A stretch of DNA of 53,923 nt from a virus. Its lineage: Duplodnaviria > Caudoviricetes. The notes beneath the pieces are model-generated. The model ran no database searches. It was given only the letters and a program-made list of their open reading frames with translations, and was not told the origin of the DNA. Both the position numbers and the translations under genes were made by a program. The DNA is taken from IMG/VR virus record IMGVR_UViG_3300009108_000013, positions 1 through 53,923 of that record, one strand, 5' to 3'. Each line of letters starts with the position of its first letter. The first letter of the stretch is position 1. Positions 9,896 to 20,116 of the stretch are shown in pieces.

Positions 9896-10500
9896 CGACA
9901 GTCAATGAAGTTCTCTCTGTGCCTTCTGTAGTAGAGGAGAGGTTCCGAGAGGTGAACGCGTCTCGCTCCCATTTCCAGCATCCGATCCCACAGCACCCAG
10001 TCTTCTTCTGAATTTGTTCCACCTTCTCGTCGGGCATACCCTGCTGCTTGCCCAAAGGATGTGCGGTACAACATAGAACCGTGATGCCCATCCCTGTGCC
10101 ACCAGACATCTCCGTTGTACATTGCGTTTGGCAGACGAGCATTGGGGTGGTTCATCTTGAACTCTCCGGTCACCATGATTTCATAAGTAACAATGTCGGC
10201 GTCTTGTCCTAACAGTTTCTCTATGGCATCAGAACGGAACCAGTTGTCTGCGCCGATAAACATTGTGTATTCGGTTTCCACCCTCATGAGCATGTCTTGA
10301 AAGTTGTCTACCGTGCCAAGATTTTCCTCCCGCAAGACGTATTCGATCTCAGGATAAATATCTGGTAGGTGTGTGCAGTCGCCAACGCCGTCATCCACAA
10401 ACAGAATCTTGTCGGGCTGCTTGGTTTGCGATAAGAGACTTTCAATACAGTGTGCGGCTAGGTGTCCGTACTGATAAGAAGCAATGATTACGGTTAACAT
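9892..10500 (-). CDS. Glycosyltransferase family 2
   Basis: TVIIASY, VDDG, EEDW, YYRRH motifs. Confidence 0.85.
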   Translation of the reverse strand: MLTVIIASYQYGHLAAHCIESLLSQTKQPDKILFVDDGVGDCTHLPDIYPEIEYVLREENLGTVDNFQDMLMRVETEYTMFIGADNWFRSDAIEKLLGQDADIVTYEIMVTGEFKMNHPNARLPNAMYNGDVWWHRDGHHGSMLYRTSFGQAAGYARREGGTNSEEDWVLWDRMLEMGARRVHLSEPLLYYRRHRENFIDCR

Positions 10501-10600
10501 GGTGCTGAAGAATACGCCATCCGAATGATTTTTTTGTGAATGCGAATAGCAGTATGGACATGTTTGCTATGATCAGCAGCACCTTCCAAGAGGACATGAC

Positions 10601-10936
10601 ATGGAATCTCTTTTCGCGAGCGGAGCCGTAGGTGCTGTACTAGTGGCTATCGCCGCGATTTTTAGAGAGCGAAACGTGCGAAGGAAACATAAAACTGAGC
10701 GTTATCAATCCGACTTTCAGATTGGACAGCGTTTACGCGACGAGTTGCGTGACGAGATGGATCGCCGGGAACGGGAGTACCTGTCGGATCGTGCTGTTCT
10801 TGAAAGTCGGATAACTGCTTTGGAGAAAGAAGTGGCACGATGCCATGAAGAGCGGAGAGAACTACAGGAGATGGTGATTCAAGCAGTGAAGGAAGCACCG
10901 GCACCGAAGAAGTCGAAGGCCAAAAAGAAGAACTAG
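10601..10936 (+). CDS. Membrane-anchored coiled-coil protein
   Basis: N-terminal hydrophobic helix, coiled coil, GAGG SD. Confidence 0.7.
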   Translation: MESLFASGAVGAVLVAIAAIFRERNVRRKHKTERYQSDFQIGQRLRDELRDEMDRREREYLSDRAVLESRITALEKEVARCHEERRELQEMVIQAVKEAPAPKKSKAKKKN

Positions 10937-11280
10937 CGAGTGACTTCCTTACTCAAATTGAAATCGCCTTCAATGACTCGTTCCACCACGCCTGCTGCTT
11001 CTATTTCTAGATCGTAAACTCCGCCTTGAGATAAGGCGGCGGTGTTAGTTGCACTCACCGTGACCTGAATAACACCGCTGGAATTCAGGGTGATGTCTCC
11101 TCCGGCTGAGGTCAGGTCCAAGAGTTTGGTAGACGATGTGATATCCGGGCGTACCTGCATCCGGGCCGCGTGTGCGCTAAGGTCGCGAGCAACGGAAGAA
11201 CTGTCCTTGATAGTAAGTGTTTTGATGAACGTCGTTCCCTGTTCACAGGTCAGATCGTGTTGGGCTGCGGTCATTGACAT
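10933..11280 (-). CDS. Probable virion structural protein (Ig-like, baseplate/tail associated)
   Basis: QGTTF, ARMQVR, GVYDLEI, RVIEG..EVTR pattern typical of phage structural regions. Confidence 0.65.
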   Translation of the reverse strand: MSMTAAQHDLTCEQGTTFIKTLTIKDSSSVARDLSAHAARMQVRPDITSSTKLLDLTSAGGDITLNSSGVIQVTVSATNTAALSQGGVYDLEIEAAGVVERVIEGDFNLSKEVTR

Positions 11281-11334
11281 ACCTCCAGCAACAGTCTATC
11301 CTAATCAACAAGCCCCAGAGCAGAAAGAATCATA

Positions 11335-11514
11335 ATGGCAAGTTTGGATATCAATCCAGAAGAAGTTATTCAAAACTTGAGTTCACAAATCGGAACATTG
11401 ATGTCTGAAAATACTGTTCTCAAAATGGCTATTGCTAAGTTGCAAGCAGCACTAGCCGAGGTGGAGATCCTTCCGGCTACCGTAGAGCCAGAAGCCGAGA
11501 AAAAAGACAAGTAA
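11335..11514 (+). CDS. Small coiled-coil hypothetical protein (59 aa)
   Basis: MASLDINPEEVIQNLSSQIG...; TAATG coupling to the next gene. Confidence 0.65.
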   Translation: MASLDINPEEVIQNLSSQIGTLMSENTVLKMAIAKLQAALAEVEILPATVEPEAEKKDK

Positions 11515-11840
11515 TGGAAACAGCGTTAGGCGCTGATGTTGTTTGGCATACCGACGGTCATATTATTTCTCTGCGTTTAAACAAGCATGAAGTAGAAGTA
11601 GAACTATCCCACTGTCCCGAAGATGGTTTCTGCAATGTTCGGGAAGCCCAATGCGTAGTTGGGTATTTCATAAACACTTTTGGTTTGGAATGCAACGTAG
11701 GTAGTGCCGAGGTTTCCTCAAAGATGGAAATCGCATGGGCGCTGATGGGCGATGATTTCCATGTGCAGGAATGTCAACTCTGGTGGATCCCGGTAGAAGA
11801 CGACGCATTCTCCAGTTGGTTATCTGCGAAACTGGATTAA
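11514..11840 (+). CDS. Cys-containing hypothetical protein
   Basis: 108-aa coupled ORF. Confidence 0.7.
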   Translation: METALGADVVWHTDGHIISLRLNKHEVEVELSHCPEDGFCNVREAQCVVGYFINTFGLECNVGSAEVSSKMEIAWALMGDDFHVQECQLWWIPVEDDAFSSWLSAKLD

Positions 11841-12292
11841 TCTTCTTGAGTATGAAGTAGATGTTCTGGAAGTCTATACGTCGTTGGGTCAGCCGTTACG
11901 ATTGACCTTTGATCGTCTGGCATTTTTCGTTTCGGAGCGTCTTTGACTTCTGCTATTTGTAGATGATGTTCTACTTCTGGAAGCGTGATCACCTTCTGGG
12001 ATGTGACCCGGATAGAACTAGGCAGAATCGTTGGAGATTTCGTCAAGGTTCCGGCATTGTCCAGACATGCTTTCAGATTAGACATGGGAATGATGTGCGA
12101 TTCAAACCCGGCCTGTCCAACGCGTCCTCCGGCAATGATCGCGTCGTAATGGAGTAGGAAAGTCTCTTCGATTTGGGCGTCCATCATGGTGGAAGCCATC
12201 TCCTCCAACAACATTTCTGTGGATTTGAGTGACAAATCCTCGCCGGGTGCCGATGTTGCCTCTGCTCCTGCTGATCCAAGTGATTCTGTCAT
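11837..12292 (-). CDS. Hypothetical protein
   Basis: 151-aa ORF. Confidence 0.65.
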   Translation of the reverse strand: MTESLGSAGAEATSAPGEDLSLKSTEMLLEEMASTMMDAQIEETFLLHYDAIIAGGRVGQAGFESHIIPMSNLKACLDNAGTLTKSPTILPSSIRVTSQKVITLPEVEHHLQIAEVKDAPKRKMPDDQRSIVTADPTTYRLPEHLLHTQED

Positions 12293-12357
12293 ATGATTTT
12301 CCGCTCGTTTTGCTTCGATTTAGACTCTAACATAGCAAAATCGTGTATATCAAGTAC

Positions 12358-12786
12358 CTATTCTGGTTGCTCTTTGGACATTCTTAGTACAGCAAGAGCA
12401 AATCTCCACACATCTGGGTGCTTCCACACCTCTTCGTAGGCTGGTGTGTAGGTAAACCCGTTTCCGCGCTTTTGTCGTTCTACTAGTCCATCCTCCACGC
12501 ATTTTGTTATTGCACGGTGGGCTGCATTCTCTAAAACCCCCAATCTAGTGGACACATCACGGATGCTAGATTCAGGGTTTTCTACCAGAACAACAAATGC
12601 GCGACCTGTTGCGGTGAGTAGGGACGCTCTTTCTTGGGTGTTATACGCGAGTAGCCGGATCTCATTGAGAACTCGCATAACGGTTTCTGCTGCGATTTCT
12701 ACTGTGTCGGCTCCTGCAATAGCATCAGTGATCCGCTTCTTTATGAAGTGTTCGTGATGCGGTCCATAGCCTTTGAACTCACCCAT
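12358..12786 (-). CDS. MarR-like winged-helix DNA-binding protein
   Basis: NPESSIRDVSTRLGV...LVERQKRG wHTH pattern; start chosen at ATG 12786. Confidence 0.65.
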   Translation of the reverse strand: MGEFKGYGPHHEHFIKKRITDAIAGADTVEIAAETVMRVLNEIRLLAYNTQERASLLTATGRAFVVLVENPESSIRDVSTRLGVLENAAHRAITKCVEDGLVERQKRGNGFTYTPAYEEVWKHPDVWRFALAVLRMSKEQPE

Positions 12787-12884
12787 TTCTATTGGTCCCT
12801 TAGTAGCCGGGTTCTGTGGATTATCATAGACGACAGCGGCTGATGTCGTGACGACCACAACGTCATCTAACAAGGGACACTGAT

Positions 12885-13166
12885 GTGGAAGAACTGAGAG
12901 CAAGGTTGCAGGAACTGGCGGTACAGGAACCGTCCACCTGTCCGGCCCAAAGGCTTCTAGAGAAATACCGAGAGGAAGACCTAGAACTGGGAATCCTTAT
13001 TTCAGATTCAATGATGAACCCGGATATTTCAGTTGCGGAAGTTCACCGTGAATTGACTAGCAACGGAATCAAGATATCTAGAGAAACCATTTCCAAATAT
13101 CGCAGCCAGATTTGCAGATGCGATCCGCACTGTTCTGAGCGTTTAGGGAGTCCAGCCAATGGCTAA
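12885..13166 (+). CDS. Small Cys-containing protein upstream of phosphoesterase
   Basis: 93-aa ORF with CP and CRC motifs; overlaps the next gene. Confidence 0.65.
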   Translation: MEELRARLQELAVQEPSTCPAQRLLEKYREEDLELGILISDSMMNPDISVAEVHRELTSNGIKISRETISKYRSQICRCDPHCSERLGSPANG

Positions 13167-14310
13167 GAAGGATCTAAAAGCAAACTTGCAGAAGATGCAA
13201 AAGCCGAGCAGAGCATCCTTGGGGAAACTGGCAGAGATGTTGGATCGGCAGGACATCGACATCGAACAAATTGGTGACATCAAAAAGGTATCGGTGTACC
13301 AATCGTTGACAAAGGATGCGGAAGGGGATCCGCACATCCACGATTTGGTTGGCATTCAGATCTCTCCATCTTGGGAGACTGGTCCTGACTGGCCGGTGAT
13401 AGTGCCGGGTCCGAAAGTTGCAGTACCAAAGAACACCACCAAGAAGAAGAAGACGGCGTTCAAAAAGTGTGTGGTTTTTCCTGACATGCAGATTGGTTAC
13501 TTCCGAAACAGGGACGGGGAACTGGAACCAACCCACGACGAGGGAGCCATCGACATTGCTTTGTCGATTTGTAAGGATGTGAATCCTGACAGGGTTGCGT
13601 TGGTCGGTGACAATTTAGATCTACCAGAGTTGGGTAAGTATCGACTGTCTCCGGCGTTTCAACAGACGACGCAGGCGTCGATTGATCGGGCGACGGAAAT
13701 TTGTGCTGCGGTGAGAGAAGTAGCACCGAAGGCTGAAATCCAATGGCTTGCTGGAAATCATGAAGAACGTTTAACAAACTTTATGTTAGATAATGCTATG
13801 GCAGCGTTTGGTATACGTCAAGGTAAAAGCCCTGAGAGTTGGCCGGTGTTGAGTATTCCTAACTTGTGTCGTTTAGATGATTACAATATCGAATATCTTT
13901 CTGGTTATCCAGCATCCACTATTTGGATCAATGAACATATTAAGGTAATACATGGAGATCTTGTTCGCAGTGGAGGTTCTACTGCTCATGCATATTTAAA
14001 GCGAGAGAAGATTTCTGTAATATACGGACACATTCATAGGCGTGAATGGGCTGAGATGACTAGAAATGATTTTGACGGACCAAAGACTGTTACGGCGATG
14101 TCGCCGGGGTGCTTGGCCCGTATCGACGGAGCGGTCCCTTCCACGAAGGGCGGTACGGATTTGGATGGACGACCGTTGACAAGATATGAGGATTGGCAAC
14201 AGGGTCTTGCAGTTGTGGATTACGAAGAGGGCGACGGCAAATTCAACCTAGAAATGATAACCATTCGTGATGGTTGGGCTTTGTATCGGGATAAGGAATA
14301 CAAGGTGTAG
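13159..14310 (+). CDS. Calcineurin-like metallophosphoesterase
   Basis: DxQ, GDxxD, GNHE, HG, GHIH motifs. Confidence 0.88.
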   Translation: MAKKDLKANLQKMQKPSRASLGKLAEMLDRQDIDIEQIGDIKKVSVYQSLTKDAEGDPHIHDLVGIQISPSWETGPDWPVIVPGPKVAVPKNTTKKKKTAFKKCVVFPDMQIGYFRNRDGELEPTHDEGAIDIALSICKDVNPDRVALVGDNLDLPELGKYRLSPAFQQTTQASIDRATEICAAVREVAPKAEIQWLAGNHEERLTNFMLDNAMAAFGIRQGKSPESWPVLSIPNLCRLDDYNIEYLSGYPASTIWINEHIKVIHGDLVRSGGSTAHAYLKREKISVIYGHIHRREWAEMTRNDFDGPKTVTAMSPGCLARIDGAVPSTKGGTDLDGRPLTRYEDWQQGLAVVDYEEGDGKFNLEMITIRDGWALYRDKEYKV

Positions 14311-14691
14311 ATGAATGATGACAACTTAGGTGGACTTGAGGAGACTCACTGGACGGATAAAGCGAATTGTAAAGGCCGAGGGGTAGCGATGTTTCCCAAA
14401 CGGCATAAAGACATTACTTATATTTCAGAAGCGCGGCGCATTTGCAGGGCGTGCGATGTAAAGCCGGAGTGTTTGCTATACGCCTTGAGTTTTCCGGCAG
14501 CAGACATGCATGGTGTGTGGGCTGGTTTAACTCCGAGGCAGTTGGCTAAAGAGCAAAAGACTAGAGGGGTTAAGCCTACTAAACCCACTATTGCAGAGTT
14601 CATGGCAGACATGCTGCGATACTATAAGGAGGATCCACAGTTTAAGGATGATCTTCCTCCACCTCTAGGGGACTATAATTACGATGACTAG
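14311..14691 (+). CDS. whiB: WhiB-family transcription factor
   Basis: C..CxxC.xxxxC and GVWAG turn. Confidence 0.9.
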   Translation: MNDDNLGGLEETHWTDKANCKGRGVAMFPKRHKDITYISEARRICRACDVKPECLLYALSFPAADMHGVWAGLTPRQLAKEQKTRGVKPTKPTIAEFMADMLRYYKEDPQFKDDLPPPLGDYNYDD

Positions 14692-15298
14692 CAATAATTT
14701 GACTAAAGAGTTTATTGCCGAGCGGGATTTGAAAATGTTTCGGATGCGGCAAGCAGGTTCTTCTCACTCAGAAATTGCTAAACGCTACGAGATTTCCGTG
14801 TCTGCCGTGTCCAAGGGCGTCGGTCGCGTCTTAGAAAGATTAAACCGTGAAGCAGCATATGCATATCCAGAAGTGTTGCGTTTGGAATTGGAACGCTTAG
14901 ACAATTTGCAATCTTCGGTTTGGCCGTTGACGCAGTTCAGGCGCGAAACGCATGGCGATGAAGAGATCGTTGTGGAACCAGACATGAAAGCGATTCAAAC
15001 GGTGCTTGGCATTATGGATCGACGTTCAAAACTTTTGGGTATGGAAGTGCAAAAGGTGGACTTGAATGTTACTGGGGCTACCGATGTGCGTCATTCTTTG
15101 GCTGGGGAAGATTTGGCTACGGTCGGCTTGATTGATTACCGCACCGAATCTATGCAACTTTTGGAATTGATGCGTAAGTCTGGGATTCTGGAAAAGGATG
15201 TTGTGGAGAGGGTATTGGCAGAGGTCGAAGATGAAGAAGAAGTAATTGATGCTGAACTATTACCGGACAAAGACAGTGGAGACAATGATGATGAATGA
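14684..15298 (+). CDS. Probable terminase small subunit / HTH protein
   Basis: N-terminal HTH, LELERLD and IMDRRSKLLG motifs seen in actinophage TerS-like proteins. Confidence 0.6.
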   Translation: MTSNNLTKEFIAERDLKMFRMRQAGSSHSEIAKRYEISVSAVSKGVGRVLERLNREAAYAYPEVLRLELERLDNLQSSVWPLTQFRRETHGDEEIVVEPDMKAIQTVLGIMDRRSKLLGMEVQKVDLNVTGATDVRHSLAGEDLATVGLIDYRTESMQLLELMRKSGILEKDVVERVLAEVEDEEEVIDAELLPDKDSGDNDDE

Positions 15299-15524
15299 AG
15301 AAGAAACTAAGACAGCACAAATTCTTGTTCGGATTTCAGAAGAAGAACGAGATGAATGGAAAAAGGCTGCTGAAAAAATGAATGTCAGCATGTCTGATCT
15401 CATTCGATCTACCGTCGCGCCTGTTGTCAAAGAAGCATTGCATTGCACACATCCGGATGAATTCCGTACTTCATATCCGTGGTCGGAGTTTTGTAATAAG
15501 TGTGGGGAGCGTTTACGGGGATGA
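15285..15524 (+). CDS. Ribbon-helix-helix protein with C-terminal Zn ribbon
   Basis: QILVRISEEERDEWKKAA..SMSDLIR; CxH..CxxC; exact start among three ATGs uncertain. Confidence 0.7.
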   Translation: MMMNEEETKTAQILVRISEEERDEWKKAAEKMNVSMSDLIRSTVAPVVKEALHCTHPDEFRTSYPWSEFCNKCGERLRG

Positions 15525-15657
15525 TCTGTCCGTTTCTCAGTGGGGTAGCGGTCTGCTACGCGCTCATCTGGGCAGGCAGAAAGACGCGTCTGTGGGCAAC
15601 GACTGAACCCACGCGTCGGAAGAAGATCAACTTATTTCCAAGAGTGTTGCCGTAGCC

Positions 15658-17670
15658 ATGCGTTGGGGAGGGTTACGTCCGGAGCCGTACAAGTTGTCAC
15701 CGCCTGACGCGGATAGCGACATGATCGTCCAAGAGGGCACGGCTTGGGAACGTCCGGGTGGACTCCGACTGCTGGACAGGTTGGGTAACGCTATTGAAGC
15801 CGGGATGGAATCTCTGTCGTCGGTTGACGGCTTACGGTACGTCGATGCCGATGGGAATGATGTCGCTTATACCCCCACTTGGGCTACGGAAGAAATTCCT
15901 GTACCGGGTACCGGGTTGCGGACTTTGAAAAATTCGGGGGTTCGCACCGTAGGAGAAATGACTGGTGGTTCTGCGTCTTTGAAGGATCGGGGTTTGGCTC
16001 TGGGGGATCGCCGGAAGGCAGTAGCAGAGGCGATTCGGGAAGCACAGAAACCGAAGGTACCGGAGCCGGAACCTGAGCCGCATCCATTGCTGACGGGTAT
16101 AGCAAAAGCGGAGAAGGTGAAAGCGGAGTTGGAGGCTGTCGGGGGTCATTGGAGTATGACAGCGAAAGAAAGAAAAGCGTTTACCGATTCGGAAGCGAAA
16201 AGATCGGAAGGCACGGCAGAGAAAGCAGCCTTGGGAAGACCATGGGTGGCTAGCACTAAGACGACTGCCGAGTTAGTAACGCAGAGCCGTGAAAAAGTAT
16301 TGGAAAGATTGAGAGAACAACTAGATATTCAAGATGACGTTTTGGCTGGGCCACACGATCAGGAGATTAAAGACCGACATGGAAAGTACAAGGAACGTTT
16401 ACAGAAAGCAATCGACTATTTAGAGTCACACACTGATGAGGAGTTCGTCGCTGAACTTGCTAAAGCATTACGAATCTGGTACGACGATGAAGACAATGAT
16501 CTTTGTGTAGCAATGCCACACGGCGAAGTGTTCGATTCGTTTTTGGAAGATGGTTACAAAACTACGCATGAAGTAACAAGTCAACATAGCGGCGAGGACA
16601 TCCGCGGAGATTACGAGGTGTCACAGGGTGTACCGAGGGATGCTCCCGAATCGGTGCGCCCTGCGTCTGGTTTTGTACATGCTGGGGCTACGAAAAGGTA
16701 TCTTGCGGAAGAAGACGAAGGCTTTGTTCACGATCCGCGGCGGGATCATCCTGACAGGGATCATACGTTGACTGCTCTGAACCATCAGCGTTCGATGCAT
16801 GGAAAGTCGGTTTATGGTCAGATTCAATTGGTATTGAATGAGGATGTGAAAGAGCGAACGAAGGCAGGTAACGGGGACACTCTTAACGCTGGAGTTGTGG
16901 CAGCACCGATGGTTGGTGCCACCGATGAAGAGTTGGTTGAATCTTTTCTTAGTTCGGTTAGCCCGCAAACAGCCCCCCTCAAAAAAACCACTACTGATAA
17001 AGTCTTGGACGCATTGGAACTAGTCATAGATGGTGCGGGTGCAAACAATAAAAATATAGGTTACCGCGATCAGGGCATCCATGAGACAGAGATGAAGTTA
17101 GGTGGTGACCTGTATGTGGAAGCGTTGATCTTTGGTTCTTTCGATTTGGATGATGTTGCCGAGATCAAGATTCCTCCAACCGTATGGACAACCCATGCTT
17201 TGGAACATGCACCACTGAGGTCGATGACACCTAGTTATGGTCGTGACGATTCGCCTGCCGACCAAGCGCTTATGGGTGTGTTGCAAACCGGGAGAGACAT
17301 TGAAGATCTTGATCCCGAGATCGAAGCGTCGATTCGTGATGCATTGATAGAAACGCCTGAACGGGTAAGAGATGCAATAAGGAATACACGATTTGCCATA
17401 GTGATGGACAATCTTGCTTCGATGAGGAAACGTGCAGCCATGTTGGCAGCAGTTCGTGCGAAGAATAAAGAAGTCAAGGTTACATTTTTGAGCGAGTTGG
17501 GGGTAGATATGGATGACGTATCCATCTTCGGAGCGGAGGGGGTAGGTAAGACTGTCGAACAGGTTTACCAAGCCCGTTTGATAGAGGTGTTAGAAAAACT
17601 TGCGATTGAAATAAAAAACTGGGAACCTCCTGCTGAGCGTGTTCCCATTCCCATGAGTCAACGATTGTAG
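15658..17670 (+). CDS. Large protein with putative ADP-ribosyltransferase-like (DUF3626-like) domain
   Basis: RPASG, YGQIQLVL, GDTLN, YVEALIFG motifs; the domain call is tentative. Confidence 0.5.
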   Translation: MRWGGLRPEPYKLSPPDADSDMIVQEGTAWERPGGLRLLDRLGNAIEAGMESLSSVDGLRYVDADGNDVAYTPTWATEEIPVPGTGLRTLKNSGVRTVGEMTGGSASLKDRGLALGDRRKAVAEAIREAQKPKVPEPEPEPHPLLTGIAKAEKVKAELEAVGGHWSMTAKERKAFTDSEAKRSEGTAEKAALGRPWVASTKTTAELVTQSREKVLERLREQLDIQDDVLAGPHDQEIKDRHGKYKERLQKAIDYLESHTDEEFVAELAKALRIWYDDEDNDLCVAMPHGEVFDSFLEDGYKTTHEVTSQHSGEDIRGDYEVSQGVPRDAPESVRPASGFVHAGATKRYLAEEDEGFVHDPRRDHPDRDHTLTALNHQRSMHGKSVYGQIQLVLNEDVKERTKAGNGDTLNAGVVAAPMVGATDEELVESFLSSVSPQTAPLKKTTTDKVLDALELVIDGAGANNKNIGYRDQGIHETEMKLGGDLYVEALIFGSFDLDDVAEIKIPPTVWTTHALEHAPLRSMTPSYGRDDSPADQALMGVLQTGRDIEDLDPEIEASIRDALIETPERVRDAIRNTRFAIVMDNLASMRKRAAMLAAVRAKNKEVKVTFLSELGVDMDDVSIFGAEGVGKTVEQVYQARLIEVLEKLAIEIKNWEPPAERVPIPMSQRL

Positions 17671-17693
17671 ATCCTTAATCTAACAATCATCGT

Positions 17694-18776
17694 GTGATAA
17701 AGATTGTTACTGTGAGAGAAGCCGGATGGATCGAACGTATCAGTTTCAATGACGTTCTTCTAAGCCCTCAATATTCTGAAGTCAGAAGTCGTAACGATGT
17801 AAGTCTCGTAACTGAACTTTCTTCAGGACTAAAACTAGACATCCCTATCATTGCGTCGAACATGGACACCGTATGCGGTCCAGCCATGTTGACTGCCATC
17901 TCAGACCTTGGCGGTATCGGCGTGTACCCGCGAGGGGTGCAGGCGGGCCACAGGATATCCCTCATCCGACAGACGGTGGAGGAAGGCCGCAAGGTTGCCG
18001 TAGCCGTAGGGGTGAACTCTCTGCTAAAAGAAATCGGCTATTACGCAGACGTTGGAGTATCAGCAATCGTTCTTGACATAGCGCACGGCGATTCCGCACA
18101 TGCCTTAGAAAAAATTGTTCAGATTCGACGCATCGTAGAAAGACGCAATCCAAATGTTTGCGTGATTGGTGGGAACGTAGCAACAGCAGGCGCAGTCAAA
18201 CGTATGGCTGAGGCTGGTGCCCACTGTGTCAAAGTCGGAATCGGTGGAGGGTCAGCGTGTACGACACGCGTCAACACTGGAGTAGGTGTGCCGACACTGT
18301 CTTCGATCATGGATTGTGCTACCGAGGCTGACAAACATGGAATCTTTTCAATAGCAGACGGCGGAATAAAAACACCGGGAGATGTAGCGAAAGCATTAGC
18401 CGCAGGTGCAGACGCGGTGATGTTGGGCGGGATGCTTGCCGGAACAGACGAATCACCGGGAGGCGTTGTTCTAATCAATGGGCAACAGTTCAAAAACTTC
18501 CGAGGCAACGCTTCCGCAGAAGCAGGTTCCAAGTATGTCGAAGGTGGAGCCGGACTGGTTCCCCATACCGGACCTTTACGAAATATTATTGAATCAATTG
18601 AAAACGGTTTGAAAAGTGCATTCTCTTATACGGGTGCCAGAAACATCGAAGAGTTCCATGCCAAAGCAAAGTTTGTTAGAGTGTCCGCAATGTCAGTTAT
18701 GGAAAATGGGGCACACGGTTTATCACACGAACGGAAATACGATCCACAAATAGGAGTAAGGAAGATTCTTCCATGA
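17694..18776 (+). CDS. IMP dehydrogenase / GMP reductase family (no CBS domains)
   Basis: FNDVLLxP, IPIIASNMDTV, DIAHG, GNVAT, KVGIGGGSACTTR, ADGG; start uncertain. Confidence 0.93.
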   Translation: MIKIVTVREAGWIERISFNDVLLSPQYSEVRSRNDVSLVTELSSGLKLDIPIIASNMDTVCGPAMLTAISDLGGIGVYPRGVQAGHRISLIRQTVEEGRKVAVAVGVNSLLKEIGYYADVGVSAIVLDIAHGDSAHALEKIVQIRRIVERRNPNVCVIGGNVATAGAVKRMAEAGAHCVKVGIGGGSACTTRVNTGVGVPTLSSIMDCATEADKHGIFSIADGGIKTPGDVAKALAAGADAVMLGGMLAGTDESPGGVVLINGQQFKNFRGNASAEAGSKYVEGGAGLVPHTGPLRNIIESIENGLKSAFSYTGARNIEEFHAKAKFVRVSAMSVMENGAHGLSHERKYDPQIGVRKILP

Positions 18777-18877
18777 CGGAAGTAAATGTTGTCCTGCTGT
18801 TTCTAAGTGTTACCGTAGGTTTCACTCTTGCTACAATGTTATGGGTTTGGTGTAATCGAAATTCGTTTGGAGATTGA
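18773..18877 (+). CDS. Small membrane peptide (34 aa)
   Basis: MTEVNVVLLFLSVTVGFTLATMLWVWCNRNSFGD; ATGA overlap and fills the gap exactly. Confidence 0.55.
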   Translation: MTEVNVVLLFLSVTVGFTLATMLWVWCNRNSFGD

Positions 18878-18878
18878 A

Positions 18879-19910
18879 ATGCAAAAGCCAAAAAGTAAAC
18901 ATGTGTTACTTACCGGTGGGTTGGGATTCATCGGCGGGCACACCGTAGAGCATTGGCTAAAAAACACGGATTGGGATATCACCGTAATGGATGCGTTGCG
19001 TTTCTCAGGACGCATCGAACGCCTAACAGAAATGGAAGGCTACAACCCTGACCGGGTGAAAGTTGTTTGGCATGATCTCCGAGCGCCGATCCATGAACAA
19101 CTAAAAGAAACGATTGGAAATGTTGACTGGATTGTCAACATGGCATCCGACTCGCACGTTGACCGATCTATCACCGACCCAGTTCCGTTCGTTCAAAACA
19201 ATGTGAACCTCGTCTTGAACATGCTGGAATACGCCCGTGATATACAGCCGGAAAAGTTCATTCAAATCTCCACCGATGAAGTTTACGGACCTGCACCGGT
19301 AGGACATTCCCACTGTGAGGGCGAGGTTTTGCGCCCATCGAACCCGTATAGCGCGTCGAAAGCGGCGCAAGAAATGATCGCGTTCTCATACTGGAGAACC
19401 TACGGGGTGCCAGTAATCGTCACCAACACGATGAACAACTTTGGGGAACGGCAACATCCCGAAAAGTATGTACCGATGGTGATGAAAAAGATCTTGCATC
19501 AGGAAGAAATCCAAGTTCACGGCAAAGAAAGAAGCGAAGGAGGATGGGACATCGGTGCCCGAGTCTGGTTACATGCCAGAAACCACGCCGACGCTGTCCA
19601 GTTCATCCTAAAAAACGTGCCAGTTTTGCATTACGACGATGACACACCGGAGCCGGAACGCTTCAACATCGCCGGGGAAAAAGAAATCGACAACCTAGAG
19701 ATAGTCGAAATGATCGGTGAAATCTTAGAGTGCCCGCCATTGTGGAGACTGGTGGACTTTCACACCAGCAGGCCCGGACATGACCTAAGATACTCACTGG
19801 ATGGAACGAAACTAAAAGAGTACGGATGGGATGCTCCCATGTCTCTAGAGGAATCGTTTGAAAAGACAGTTAACTGGACAATGAAACACACAGAATGGTT
19901 GACAGAATGA
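18879..19910 (+). CDS. rmlB: dTDP-glucose 4,6-dehydratase-like NAD-dependent dehydratase
   Basis: GGLGFIG, SHVDRSI, STDEVYG, PYSASKA, RPGHDLRY. Confidence 0.88.
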   Translation: MQKPKSKHVLLTGGLGFIGGHTVEHWLKNTDWDITVMDALRFSGRIERLTEMEGYNPDRVKVVWHDLRAPIHEQLKETIGNVDWIVNMASDSHVDRSITDPVPFVQNNVNLVLNMLEYARDIQPEKFIQISTDEVYGPAPVGHSHCEGEVLRPSNPYSASKAAQEMIAFSYWRTYGVPVIVTNTMNNFGERQHPEKYVPMVMKKILHQEEIQVHGKERSEGGWDIGARVWLHARNHADAVQFILKNVPVLHYDDDTPEPERFNIAGEKEIDNLEIVEMIGEILECPPLWRLVDFHTSRPGHDLRYSLDGTKLKEYGWDAPMSLEESFEKTVNWTMKHTEWLTE

Positions 19911-20116
19911 AATCAAAAAAACTGGCTGATCTGCGAGTAGCGGTAGGTTTGGAAGAAGGCGACGACAAAGAAGTAATCGAAGAAGCCGTCGCCCTGATCC
20001 ACCATCTCGCTGACGAAATCAGTCAACTAGAAACCAATATAATCTGTATCAATGCACGGCTAGCATTACATGAAGGTTCACGCAAGCACAAGAAGTGGTT
20101 CCGTCGGCTGTTCTAA
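19907..20116 (+). CDS. Hypothetical protein
   Basis: Coupled ORF, 69 aa. Confidence 0.65.
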   Translation: MKSKKLADLRVAVGLEEGDDKEVIEEAVALIHHLADEISQLETNIICINARLALHEGSRKHKKWFRRLF

